Source: an uncultured Gemmatimonadaceae bacterium (lineage in GTDB: Bacteria > Gemmatimonadota > Gemmatimonadetes > Gemmatimonadales > Gemmatimonadaceae). From it: a DNA stretch of 64,000 nt. The translations under genes and the position numbers were made by a program. Of the stretch, positions 19,849 to 28,505 are shown one piece after another; positions within the stretch are counted from its first letter, which is position 1, and the number at the start of each line of letters is the position of its first letter. The notes beneath the pieces were generated by a model. That model made no database searches, was not told the origin of the DNA, and was given only the letters and a program-made list of their open reading frames with translations. Location of the stretch: contig CAVUDW010000003.1 of assembly GCA_963740355.1 (NCBI GenBank), positions 32,001 to 96,000 of the forward strand, in the 5' to 3' direction.

Positions 19849-20026
19849 GAGGCACTTGCCCTTGCCGTTTCCTCTGCGCCTTTGCGCCTCAGCGATTCGT
19901 AGTGGCTCTTGCAGTTTTACGGCGGTTGAGCTTGCGGCTTGTGCGGTATCGCCTGTTGCTGTTTTGCGTCAAGGCAGTTGAACTTCAGGCAGTTGAACGT
20001 CGATCCGCGTGCAACTGAATTGTCGC

Positions 20027-22723
20027 CTAGCGAACGAGCAAGGTGACGATGCCGTGCGGGGGCGCTTCGAAGTGGATGTGGTCGCCGGTGGCTTCCGGCG
20101 GGAGGCCGAGTGTTTCGTCGAGGCGGGAAAGGCGCACTTCAGTGGCGGCGCGGGGGAGTTGCCAGGTGCCGCGAGCCGGTGTGGCGCGCAGGTTGATGCA
20201 TCGCAGCACGAGCCAACTGCCGTCTTCGCTCTGTTTTGCGGCGCTGAACACGAGGCCGTCGCCTTCGAGCGTGAGGCCGGGAAAGTCGGGCAGCGCCGTT
20301 GCGACACCTCGCCAGGTGTCACCACAGACCGGAGTGAGAAATTCTTCTGCACAGGCCTCGAGTTGCGACATCGCGGCGTCATGATCGTTCGGGAGCGCGA
20401 CGATGGCAAACCTCGCCCCGAATTCCCCGATCGATTGTGCGAGTGGCGTGGCGAGTGGCCAGCCGGCGTGCCCCGGTCGCTCAGGGAGGTCGCGCCGTGA
20501 GAGCTCGCCGATAGCGCGGAGCAGCGTGATGGCGAGGTGACCGTCCGACGTCACTTCGTATTCGGCGAGTCCATCACTGATGATTCCGAGCCCGCACGAT
20601 TCTCCAGGGAGGTAGAGCCACCGATGCAGCGGCGCCGTGTCGAGCCGTTGCTCGGCGCTCCATTCGCGCGGATCGCGCTGGCTCCGTTCACGACGCACCG
20701 TGCCGAATGCAGCATCGGCGAAATGATGGCTGCTGTCGATGCCCATCGGGAGCGGAAGCACCCAGCGAAGCCGATGATCGCCGGCGCGATTGTCGCCGCT
20801 GATCGCGACTTCGATGACGTCAGACCCAGCTGTGAGCGCGAGCATCGCCGTGGCCGCGACCGTGACCGTATCGCGTGACGGGATATCACGCTGCGCAGGA
20901 TCAGCCGCAGCGGGTGCTGAAACGCGCGGGCGCTGGAGCGCGCACGCGAGTTCCCATTCGGCACGAATGGGGCCGCGTGCATTCAGTCGCGGCGCCGACC
21001 AGGCTGCGACGATCGGTGCGCCGCGCAACGATGGGGTGTAGGTGTCGCCCGCGTCGGTGATGCTCTCGAGCCAGCCGAGCGACGAGAAATGCATTCCGGT
21101 GCGAACTGATGTCGCAGTCACGCCGTCCTCGCTGCGAACGAGCTTCCAGGCGGGTCCCGTGAGTTCATCCTCTGCGGCCCGTACGCGCAGCCGAGTCGGC
21201 ACCGTCTTCACGACCGACGATAGCTCAGCCAGGGTCACCGGTTGCACGGCATAGCCCGGCATCGGATCGATCCATGCCATCACGATGCTTTCGCGCACGA
21301 CCGCGTTGCGCGGATAGTGCAATGGCGATTCGACGCGATCGAACACGCGGTGGCGCTGCAGCAACTGCAGCATTCCGTCGCCGGACCACTCCGGTGGTGA
21401 TGGTGGCGGTGCGACCCGAGCGCCACTCCGGGCGGCGCTACCTGGTCCGACGGGATCAGCGACGACTGCGTCGACCAGCCGAAGGCGGATCGCTCCGCCG
21501 CGCGCGTACGCCGCTGGATTCCGCAGCACGAGCGTCGATCGCCAGTACGCCTCATGCTCGCGGTGCATGGCCGGATCACACTCCAACAGCGCCTGAAGGG
21601 CGGTGTCTCGAATCCCGATCGCCTGATGGCGTGCGTCAGCCCAGCGCGCGTCAGCCGCAGTCGCGACCTCGTCCACGCTGCAACCACACAACGTGTCGTG
21701 CGGATGGGTGGTGAGCAGTGTCTTCCAGGCGGTGCGCAGCGTGGAGTGCGGCCACTGGAACGTGAACCATGCCAGCGCCGCCCACGGTTCGACGTCTCTG
21801 AGCAACAATCGATCGACCTGTGCATTGGTGCGCTTCTGGTGCGCGCGCGTCGCGAAGGTGCCCTGAAGGGTCCAGGTCCATCCCGTCGAATCGCGGAGTT
21901 CGCCGCTCACCTCAGAGAGCGCGTCCGATGCAGACGCCTCTGCCGCGACCAGCCTTCCCGTAAATCCTGTCAGCGAGTCTGCCGTGACCAGGTGCGGCTC
22001 CGCGACGGCAGCCAACACCGCAATCGCATCGGCTCGCCCGACCTGACGCGCGTGATGGTCTGCACCGTTGGGCAGCAGCGAGACGCGCAGGGCATTTCGG
22101 CCGAGCACGGCATCGCGAGACCGTCGCCACCAGGCTGTCGCCGCCGCGGACGAAAGGGCGAGCGACGAGCCCGTTTCGTACCCATCGGGCGGCAGGTGGT
22201 AGAGCAGCACGCGGGCGCCGGACGGATGCGTCCAGGCGAGCACAGTGTCGCGCGGGTGCGCAGGGCCGCCGAATCCGCGCCAGACGATGGCGAGCCCCAG
22301 CCCGAACCCGTGCGCCAGCACCGGCCCGGCGGCGGAATGACCGAAGGCGTCCGGCGAATAGAGGACCGGGGGTGGGAATCCTCCGTGTTCGCGCACCGTG
22401 CGGATCCCCTCGAGCAGGTTGCGGACCAGCGATTCGCCGGAGGGAATCAGCATGTCGGCAAGGACATACCACGGGCCGGCCTCGATCTCACCGCTCCCGA
22501 TCGCCGCCTGCAGCTGCGGAACCCGCTCAGGGCGCACGGCGCAGTAGTCATCCAGCACGATCGCCTGCCCGTCCAGCAGAAACGGCAGGCCATCGGGTTC
22601 CTCCAGCAGGCCGTCGATGAGGGCGGCGAGTCGCTGCCGCATGACGCCCAGCGGGTGGTACCACTCGCGGTCCCAGTGGGTGTGCGAGACCACGACGAGT
22701 GTGTGCGGGGCGTGGGAGTCCAT
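20027..22723 (-). CDS. Glycoside hydrolase family 38 alpha-mannosidase (MngB-like)
   Basis: SHTHWDREWY, LDGQ, YSPDAFGHS (nucleophile Asp), HPHDTLCGCS motifs; no signal peptide. Confidence 0.92.
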   Translation of the reverse strand: MDSHAPHTLVVVSHTHWDREWYHPLGVMRQRLAALIDGLLEEPDGLPFLLDGQAIVLDDYCAVRPERVPQLQAAIGSGEIEAGPWYVLADMLIPSGESLVRNLLEGIRTVREHGGFPPPVLYSPDAFGHSAAGPVLAHGFGLGLAIVWRGFGGPAHPRDTVLAWTHPSGARVLLYHLPPDGYETGSSLALSSAAATAWWRRSRDAVLGRNALRVSLLPNGADHHARQVGRADAIAVLAAVAEPHLVTADSLTGFTGRLVAAEASASDALSEVSGELRDSTGWTWTLQGTFATRAHQKRTNAQVDRLLLRDVEPWAALAWFTFQWPHSTLRTAWKTLLTTHPHDTLCGCSVDEVATAADARWADARHQAIGIRDTALQALLECDPAMHREHEAYWRSTLVLRNPAAYARGGAIRLRLVDAVVADPVGPGSAARSGARVAPPPSPPEWSGDGMLQLLQRHRVFDRVESPLHYPRNAVVRESIVMAWIDPMPGYAVQPVTLAELSSVVKTVPTRLRVRAAEDELTGPAWKLVRSEDGVTATSVRTGMHFSSLGWLESITDAGDTYTPSLRGAPIVAAWSAPRLNARGPIRAEWELACALQRPRVSAPAAADPAQRDIPSRDTVTVAATAMLALTAGSDVIEVAISGDNRAGDHRLRWVLPLPMGIDSSHHFADAAFGTVRRERSQRDPREWSAEQRLDTAPLHRWLYLPGESCGLGIISDGLAEYEVTSDGHLAITLLRAIGELSRRDLPERPGHAGWPLATPLAQSIGEFGARFAIVALPNDHDAAMSQLEACAEEFLTPVCGDTWRGVATALPDFPGLTLEGDGLVFSAAKQSEDGSWLVLRCINLRATPARGTWQLPRAATEVRLSRLDETLGLPPEATGDHIHFEAPPHGIVTLLVR

Positions 22724-22944
22724 TGGGAGCGAGTTCGGCCTGACGGGATCGTAGTGAATCAGTCGCGGTTGGTCACGACCGTCAGACTAACGCTCAGCCG
22801 TTGTGCAGACAGGCGGCACCGGCGATTTTCCGGCTTGCGGCGCCAGGCCGTCGATCGTGTCCGGCCGCCCATCTGACGCGTCATGATACGGGGTCGCTCC
22901 CCGGGTCAGGCGCGTTCGTCACATCTGAAGCATACGAAGCACAT

Positions 22945-23589
22945 ATGGATCTTCTTCACGACCTCTTCTCCCGGTTGCGCGACCTTCCCGAGCTGGTTCG
23001 GTGGGCGGGCACCGTGGGCATGATGCTGATCATCTTCTGCGAGACGGGCCTGCTGGTGGGATTGTTCCTGCCAGGTGATTCCCTGCTCGTCACCGCCGGC
23101 CTGCTTGGCGCGACGCGCCCGGAGTTCGGGATTCACGTCTGGTCGCTTGGTTTCCTGCTGGTGGCGTCAGCCATCGTCGGCGACACGGTGGGCTACCAGA
23201 TCGGCCGGTTCACGGGGCCGAAGCTGTTCACGCGCCAGGATGGCCTGATCTTCAAGCGGAAGTACCTGAAGAAGGCGCATGACTTTTACGAGACACACGG
23301 CGGCAAGACGGTCATGATCGCGCGCTTCGTGCCGATCGTCCGCACCTTCGCCCCGGTGCTGGCCGGTGTCGGCGCTATGCCGTATTCACGCTTTGCAGGC
23401 TTCAGCATCTCCGGCAGCTTCCTCTGGATCTGGAGCATGCTCATGATCGGCTACGGACTCGGCCGCACGGTGCCCGGCGTCGCACAACATGTCGAGAAGG
23501 TGATCCTGGCCGTCATCCTGTTGTCGGTGTTGCCCGGTGTGATCAGCTGGTGGCGCGAGCGCCAGAAGGCCAAGGCGCGGGCATCATGA
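22945..23589 (+). CDS. DedA family membrane protein
   Basis: FCETGLLVGLFLPGDSLL and ARFVPIVRTFAP motifs. Confidence 0.93.
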   Translation: MDLLHDLFSRLRDLPELVRWAGTVGMMLIIFCETGLLVGLFLPGDSLLVTAGLLGATRPEFGIHVWSLGFLLVASAIVGDTVGYQIGRFTGPKLFTRQDGLIFKRKYLKKAHDFYETHGGKTVMIARFVPIVRTFAPVLAGVGAMPYSRFAGFSISGSFLWIWSMLMIGYGLGRTVPGVAQHVEKVILAVILLSVLPGVISWWRERQKAKARAS

Positions 23590-23705
23590 CGCGCCGCTGA
23601 TATATGCTGCCGACGGGGCTGCCAGCGCGCACCTCCGGTTGACGTCGACCGTTAGTTTCTACACAGCACCACATACACATCCAGTACGACCCTTTCGGAG
23701 ATCAC

Positions 23706-24326
23706 ATGGCTTTCACGTTGCCTGCGCTTCCATATGCGCTCGACGCGCTCGAACCGAACATCGATGCCACCACGATGGGCATCCATCATGGCAAGCATCA
23801 TCAGGCGTACGTCACGAACCTGAACGCCGCGCTTGAGAAGGCGCCGACGATCGCAACCAACTCGCTCGAGGCGATTCTCGCCGACTTGCCGAGTGCCCCG
23901 GACGGCGTTCGCAACGCCATCCGCAACAACGGCGGCGGCCACTGGAACCACTCCCTGTTCTGGGAGATCATGGCACCGAGCGCCGGCGGTGAACCGACCG
24001 GCGACCTGGGCGCGCTGATCACGAAGTCGTTCGGCAGCTACAGCGCCTTCCGCGACCAGCTGAAGGCCGCGGGCGTCGGTCGCTTCGGCAGCGGCTGGGC
24101 GTGGCTGATGCATGACGGCGGGACGCTCGCCATCACCAGCTCACCGAACCAGGACAACCCGATCATGGACGGTCGTCGTCCGTCGGACATCCTGCTTGGC
24201 GTGGACGTCTGGGAGCATGCGTACTACCTCAAGTACCAGAACCGTCGTCCGGACTACCTCGATGCATGGTTCAACACGATCAACTGGGCGAAGGTCGGCG
24301 AGCGCTACACGGCCGCGCAGAAGTAA
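23706..24326 (+). CDS. sodA: Superoxide dismutase, probably Mn-type
   Basis: HHGKHHQAYV, NNGGGHWNHS, PNQDNP, DVWEHAYY; GGAG RBS. Confidence 0.95.
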   Translation: MAFTLPALPYALDALEPNIDATTMGIHHGKHHQAYVTNLNAALEKAPTIATNSLEAILADLPSAPDGVRNAIRNNGGGHWNHSLFWEIMAPSAGGEPTGDLGALITKSFGSYSAFRDQLKAAGVGRFGSGWAWLMHDGGTLAITSSPNQDNPIMDGRRPSDILLGVDVWEHAYYLKYQNRRPDYLDAWFNTINWAKVGERYTAAQK

Positions 24327-24354
24327 GTCCGCTCTCGCAGTGGCATGAGAAGCA

Positions 24355-24388
24355 AAAGTCCCCCGCCGGAGCATCGGCGGGGGACTTT
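24355..24388. terminator. Bidirectional intrinsic terminator
   Basis: 14-bp stem AAAGTCCCCCGCCG/CGGCGGGGGACTTT with a 6-nt loop, between convergent sodA and the Yip1 gene. Confidence 0.85.
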
Positions 24389-24411
24389 GCGTTGTCAGGC
24401 TCAGTGGCTGG

Positions 24412-25125
24412 TCAGCGGAACAGTGCCATGCCAACCAGTGCCACAACGATTGCGAGCACTGCGGCCTTCTCTTTTTCCATTCTACCGATGATGAAGGCGC
24501 CCATTCCCACGAGCACGATGCCCCAGATGACGAAGGGATCTGCCAGCGCACCGAGTTTCAGCAGCCAATTGTTCGAATCGCCCGGCATGAAGCGCGCGGC
24601 ATTGAAGCTGAACGAGTAGCGATGCGCGGCCGTGGAGGCATCGAGGAAGAGTCCCTGCACGCCAGCGAGGATACGCCCCAGCAGTTCAGGCATGGATCCC
24701 ATCACGGCGATCAGCGTGCCCTGCCCGAAGTTGAACTTGCCGCCCATCATGTTGCCGAGCAGCATGACGATCAACCCGCTGATCCACGCGCCGATCGCCA
24801 CGAAGACTGGGATGAAATACACGCCGAACGCGGCGAACTTCTTCCCCATCGCCTTGGCACCGGCTGCCTGCTCGGGCGTCATGCCGTTCTGCTTGATCAC
24901 TCGCGCGAACTCGGCATCCTGCAACGCCTCGTTGAGCTGTTGCGAGAGGAAGAAGGCGACCATCGACACGATGCAGAGGACGAGAATCGGCACCAGGTAC
25001 TTCCCGTCGCGGCGGCGTTCAAAGACCTGACGCGGCGAGTAGAAGATGTCGAGCACATCCTCCCACGTCGCAGTCGCCGCGGTGGCCTTGCTCGTGAACG
25101 GATCCGTCGGCATCGGTTCTGTCAT
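24412..25125 (-). CDS. Yip1-domain membrane protein
   Basis: DIFYSPRQVFERRR N-terminal motif, about five TM helices, ADPFVIW; ATGA-coupled to speA. Confidence 0.75.
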   Translation of the reverse strand: MTEPMPTDPFTSKATAATATWEDVLDIFYSPRQVFERRRDGKYLVPILVLCIVSMVAFFLSQQLNEALQDAEFARVIKQNGMTPEQAAGAKAMGKKFAAFGVYFIPVFVAIGAWISGLIVMLLGNMMGGKFNFGQGTLIAVMGSMPELLGRILAGVQGLFLDASTAAHRYSFSFNAARFMPGDSNNWLLKLGALADPFVIWGIVLVGMGAFIIGRMEKEKAAVLAIVVALVGMALFR

Positions 25126-27086
25126 CGCGCCGCCTCGCCTTCGAGATAGGTGTATCCTTCGAGACCAGCCACATAGTCGGCGATGAAGGTGTTCGCCTCG
25201 CCGCGCGTGATGCCGACCGCGTTCTGCACCTTACGACGGAAGGTGGCGAGAAGTGTCGGGGCGTGGAACTGCACGTAGTTCAGCACTTCCGTCACCGTGT
25301 CGCCGTGCACGATGTCACTCACGACGTAGCGACCGTCCTCCGCCAGCTTGACGTGCACCGCGTTGGTGTCGCCGAAGAGGTTGTGCAGGTCGCCGAGGAT
25401 TTCCTGGTAGGCGCCCGTGAGGAAGATGCCGAGCACGTAGTCCTCGTCATCCTTCGGCACGTGGAGCTCGAGGCTCGGGCGTCCGTTCCGGTCGCCGACG
25501 AACCGATCGATCTTGCCATCCGAATCGCAGGTCACGTCCTGCAAGGTGCCCATGCGATCGGGGCGCTCGTCGAGGCGATGCACCGGCATCACCGGGAAGA
25601 GCTGGTCGATGGCCCAGTGATCAGGCAGCGACTGGAAGAGCGAGAAGTTGCAGAAGTAGCGGTCGGTGAGTGCGGCCTCCACTTCCTCGAGGATGTCCTC
25701 GAATTCCTCCGGATCCTCGCGCACGAGGCGCTGCAGCCCGTTCATGATGCCGAGGTGGAGCTGTTCGGCAATCGCAAGCGAACGCAGGTCGAGGGCGTCG
25801 GCGCTGAAGTACTGACGTGCGCGCTCCTTGTCGAAGCTCGCGTCGTGCGCGATTTCGCGGACCTTGCGGGGCTTCAGCTCCTGGTTCGAGTGGACCGTGA
25901 CCCAATCCTCGAGCATCTCGTGCAGGAGGGTGTGATCCTCGTCGGTCAGCTCGGGCAACATCGGCACGGTGTTCGTGTCGACGTCGATGACCTTGAGGAG
26001 CATCAGCGCATGATGCGCCGTGAGGGCACGCCCACTTTCGCTGATCAGGTTCGGCATCGGCAGGTCGTGTTCACGGCAGCTCTCGGCCATCGTGTAGACG
26101 ACGTCGTTCGCGTACTCCTGCGGCGTGTAGTTGACGCTCGCCTCGGCCGTCGAGTTGGTGCCGTCGTAGTCCACACCGAGGCCACCACCGACATCGACGT
26201 AGGTGACGTCGACACCCATGCGACGCAGCTCGGTGTAAAAGCGCGCCACTTCCTGCAGTCCCGCCTTGATATAGCGGATGTCCGGGATCTGGCTACCGAG
26301 GTGGAAGTGGATCAGCTTCAGGATATCGAGGCGGCCGAGCGCCTTCAGCTTGTCGATCAGCTTCACCAGCTGTGCGACGTTGAGACCGAACTTGCTCTTT
26401 TCGCCGCCGCTCTGCGCCCAGCGACCGAAGCCGGCCGATGCCAGCTTGATGCGAACGCCGGCGGTGGGAACGACGCCAAGTTCATCGGCGACTTCCAACA
26501 GCACGTCGAGTTCGGAGAGCTGCTCCAGGACGATGAACACTCGATGGCCCAGCTTCTGGCTGATGAGCGCCAGACGCATGAACTCATGATCCTTGTAGCC
26601 GTTGCAGACGATCAGGTGATCGGTCTTGTCGGTGAGCGCGATGACCGCCTGCAGTTCCGGCTTGGAGCCACACTCGAGGCCCACACCGTATGGCTGGCCG
26701 AACTCGTGGATCTCTTCGACAACGTGTCGCTGCTGGTTGACCTTGATCGGGAACACCGTCGTGTACTTGCCGGTGTAGCCGTATTCCTTGATGGCCGCCT
26801 CGAACTCCTCGCTCAGTTGGTGCACGCGCGAGCGCAGGAGATCGGAGAATCGCAGCAGCACCGGCATGGCGACGCCCTGCGCCTCCAGATCCTGCGCGAG
26901 TTCGAACAGGTCGACTTCGCGATCGGGATGATCGCGGTCCGGGCGCACGACCACGTGGCCCTTGGCATTGATGTCGAAGTAACCGCTCCCCCACCCTTCC
27001 ACGTTGTAGAGGGCACGAGCGTCATCGATGGTCCACGGCACGGCAGCGCTCGAGGCGGCTTCCGGCGAAAGCGGCAGGGTTGTCAT
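25122..27086 (-). CDS. speA: Biosynthetic arginine decarboxylase
   Basis: FPIKVNQQ (PLP Lys), HFHLGSQI, DVGGGLGVDYDG, CDSDG, GAYQEILGDLHNLFGDT, YTYLE. Start set at MTTLPL. Confidence 0.95.
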   Translation of the reverse strand: MTTLPLSPEAASSAAVPWTIDDARALYNVEGWGSGYFDINAKGHVVVRPDRDHPDREVDLFELAQDLEAQGVAMPVLLRFSDLLRSRVHQLSEEFEAAIKEYGYTGKYTTVFPIKVNQQRHVVEEIHEFGQPYGVGLECGSKPELQAVIALTDKTDHLIVCNGYKDHEFMRLALISQKLGHRVFIVLEQLSELDVLLEVADELGVVPTAGVRIKLASAGFGRWAQSGGEKSKFGLNVAQLVKLIDKLKALGRLDILKLIHFHLGSQIPDIRYIKAGLQEVARFYTELRRMGVDVTYVDVGGGLGVDYDGTNSTAEASVNYTPQEYANDVVYTMAESCREHDLPMPNLISESGRALTAHHALMLLKVIDVDTNTVPMLPELTDEDHTLLHEMLEDWVTVHSNQELKPRKVREIAHDASFDKERARQYFSADALDLRSLAIAEQLHLGIMNGLQRLVREDPEEFEDILEEVEAALTDRYFCNFSLFQSLPDHWAIDQLFPVMPVHRLDERPDRMGTLQDVTCDSDGKIDRFVGDRNGRPSLELHVPKDDEDYVLGIFLTGAYQEILGDLHNLFGDTNAVHVKLAEDGRYVVSDIVHGDTVTEVLNYVQFHAPTLLATFRRKVQNAVGITRGEANTFIADYVAGLEGYTYLEGEAAR

Positions 27087-27169
27087 GTACGGAATTCTAG
27101 GGCATTCGCGGGGGTGGGGGTATGCTCTTCGCGTCGCGGCGCGCGGTGAGGCTGGTTGCGGCGCCGCGC

Positions 27170-28321
27170 CTAGCGGGCAAGATCGCGATAGCGCTGCAAG
27201 TAGCTGGCGTCGATTCGGTGCTTCAACCAGGAGGCCCACTGTGACTCGAGCGTGACACCGCGCCAGCGCAGCAGTGCGCGCCCGTCGCCGGTATTCAGCA
27301 GGGCGAGGAAATCGCGCTGTGGTGCATACATCACACGCGTCGGATCACCGCTGGCTCCGGCCAGCACGTTCCGGGCCAGCACCGGTGCCATCCTCACGGC
27401 ATATACACCGGCTTTCGGTGTTGCGGGGAAGTCGCGAAGCGTGACACAGTCGCCACCGCCGAAGATCGAGTCGTCGGCCGTCAACGACAGTGTCGACGAC
27501 GCGAGCGGATAGCCGCGTGCGTCACAATCGAGGCCGCTCTGCGCGAGCCATGGCTGCGGTGCGGAGCCTGTCACCCAGGCCGTCGCCACGGAGGGAAGCA
27601 GCGTCTCTCGACCGTTCGCCTCAACGAGGAGCGCGTCAGCCGTGACCCGTTTCGCGTGTGCGCAACAGAGCGCAACGTCGCGGCGCGACAAGGCGGTCGC
27701 GGCAAGGCGGCGGGAAGATGGGCCGAACCCGGCAAGTGGAAGGCCGTCGGTGGCCGAGGCATCGACGATCGTGACGGCGGGAGTCCGTCCCGCCGCGAGA
27801 ATGCGAGCACGCACGGCGAGGGCGATTTCCACACCCGCTGCGCCACCGCCGACGACGGCCGCCGGCACGGACTCGCCAGGTGCCCGACCACGGCAGGCGG
27901 CATCGAGTGCGTCGAGCAAGCCAACGGCCGACGCGAATGGGCGCATGGCGAAGGCGAAGTCACGCGCGCCAGGTGCATCGATCGAGGCCGCAGCGCTACC
28001 CACGTCGAGCGAGAGCAGGTCGAATGACAGCGACGCCCCATCGCTGAGCGCGAGCGTGCGATTGCCAGCGTCGAGACCGGTCACCGCGACTTCGCGCACG
28101 TCGATCCCGGCCGCCCGGGCGATCGCGGCAACCGGGATCGAGGCGGCGTCCAGGGGCTCGGCGCCCGCGATGATCGCCGGGAGCATGCCGCTGTAGTGGA
28201 AGTCGGGCTGCGACGTCACGAGCACGACCTGCCATCCCTCGAGGCGTCGGGCGGCAAGTGCGGCCAACAAGTCGAGTTGCGCGTGGCCGGCGCCAGCTAG
28301 CACCAGACGGCGATCGCTCAC
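27170..28321 (-). CDS. FAD-dependent pyridine nucleotide-disulfide oxidoreductase (resembles N-terminal domain of SelD fusions)
   Basis: LVLAGAGHAQ, YSGMLP, LSLDVGS, VVGGGAAGVEIA, GGGDC, PKAGVYAVR, WLKHRID. GTG start inferred. Confidence 0.82.
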   Translation of the reverse strand: MSDRRLVLAGAGHAQLDLLAALAARRLEGWQVVLVTSQPDFHYSGMLPAIIAGAEPLDAASIPVAAIARAAGIDVREVAVTGLDAGNRTLALSDGASLSFDLLSLDVGSAAASIDAPGARDFAFAMRPFASAVGLLDALDAACRGRAPGESVPAAVVGGGAAGVEIALAVRARILAAGRTPAVTIVDASATDGLPLAGFGPSSRRLAATALSRRDVALCCAHAKRVTADALLVEANGRETLLPSVATAWVTGSAPQPWLAQSGLDCDARGYPLASSTLSLTADDSIFGGGDCVTLRDFPATPKAGVYAVRMAPVLARNVLAGASGDPTRVMYAPQRDFLALLNTGDGRALLRWRGVTLESQWASWLKHRIDASYLQRYRDLAR

Positions 28322-28505
28322 AGCGGTGAAGCGGCAGCCCGAAACCGCCGGATGGCATTGATCATTCCCCAGTCTAGCCGGAAACTCGTCGAGCACGACG
28401 GTGGAGCGCGGCGGGGCTCTGGCGCGGTATGTCACATTTCAGCGACGCCCGCCCGGGGGCGAAACCTGACCGGGCCCTGCGCCGTCTTGCCAGCAACCCT
28501 CACGG

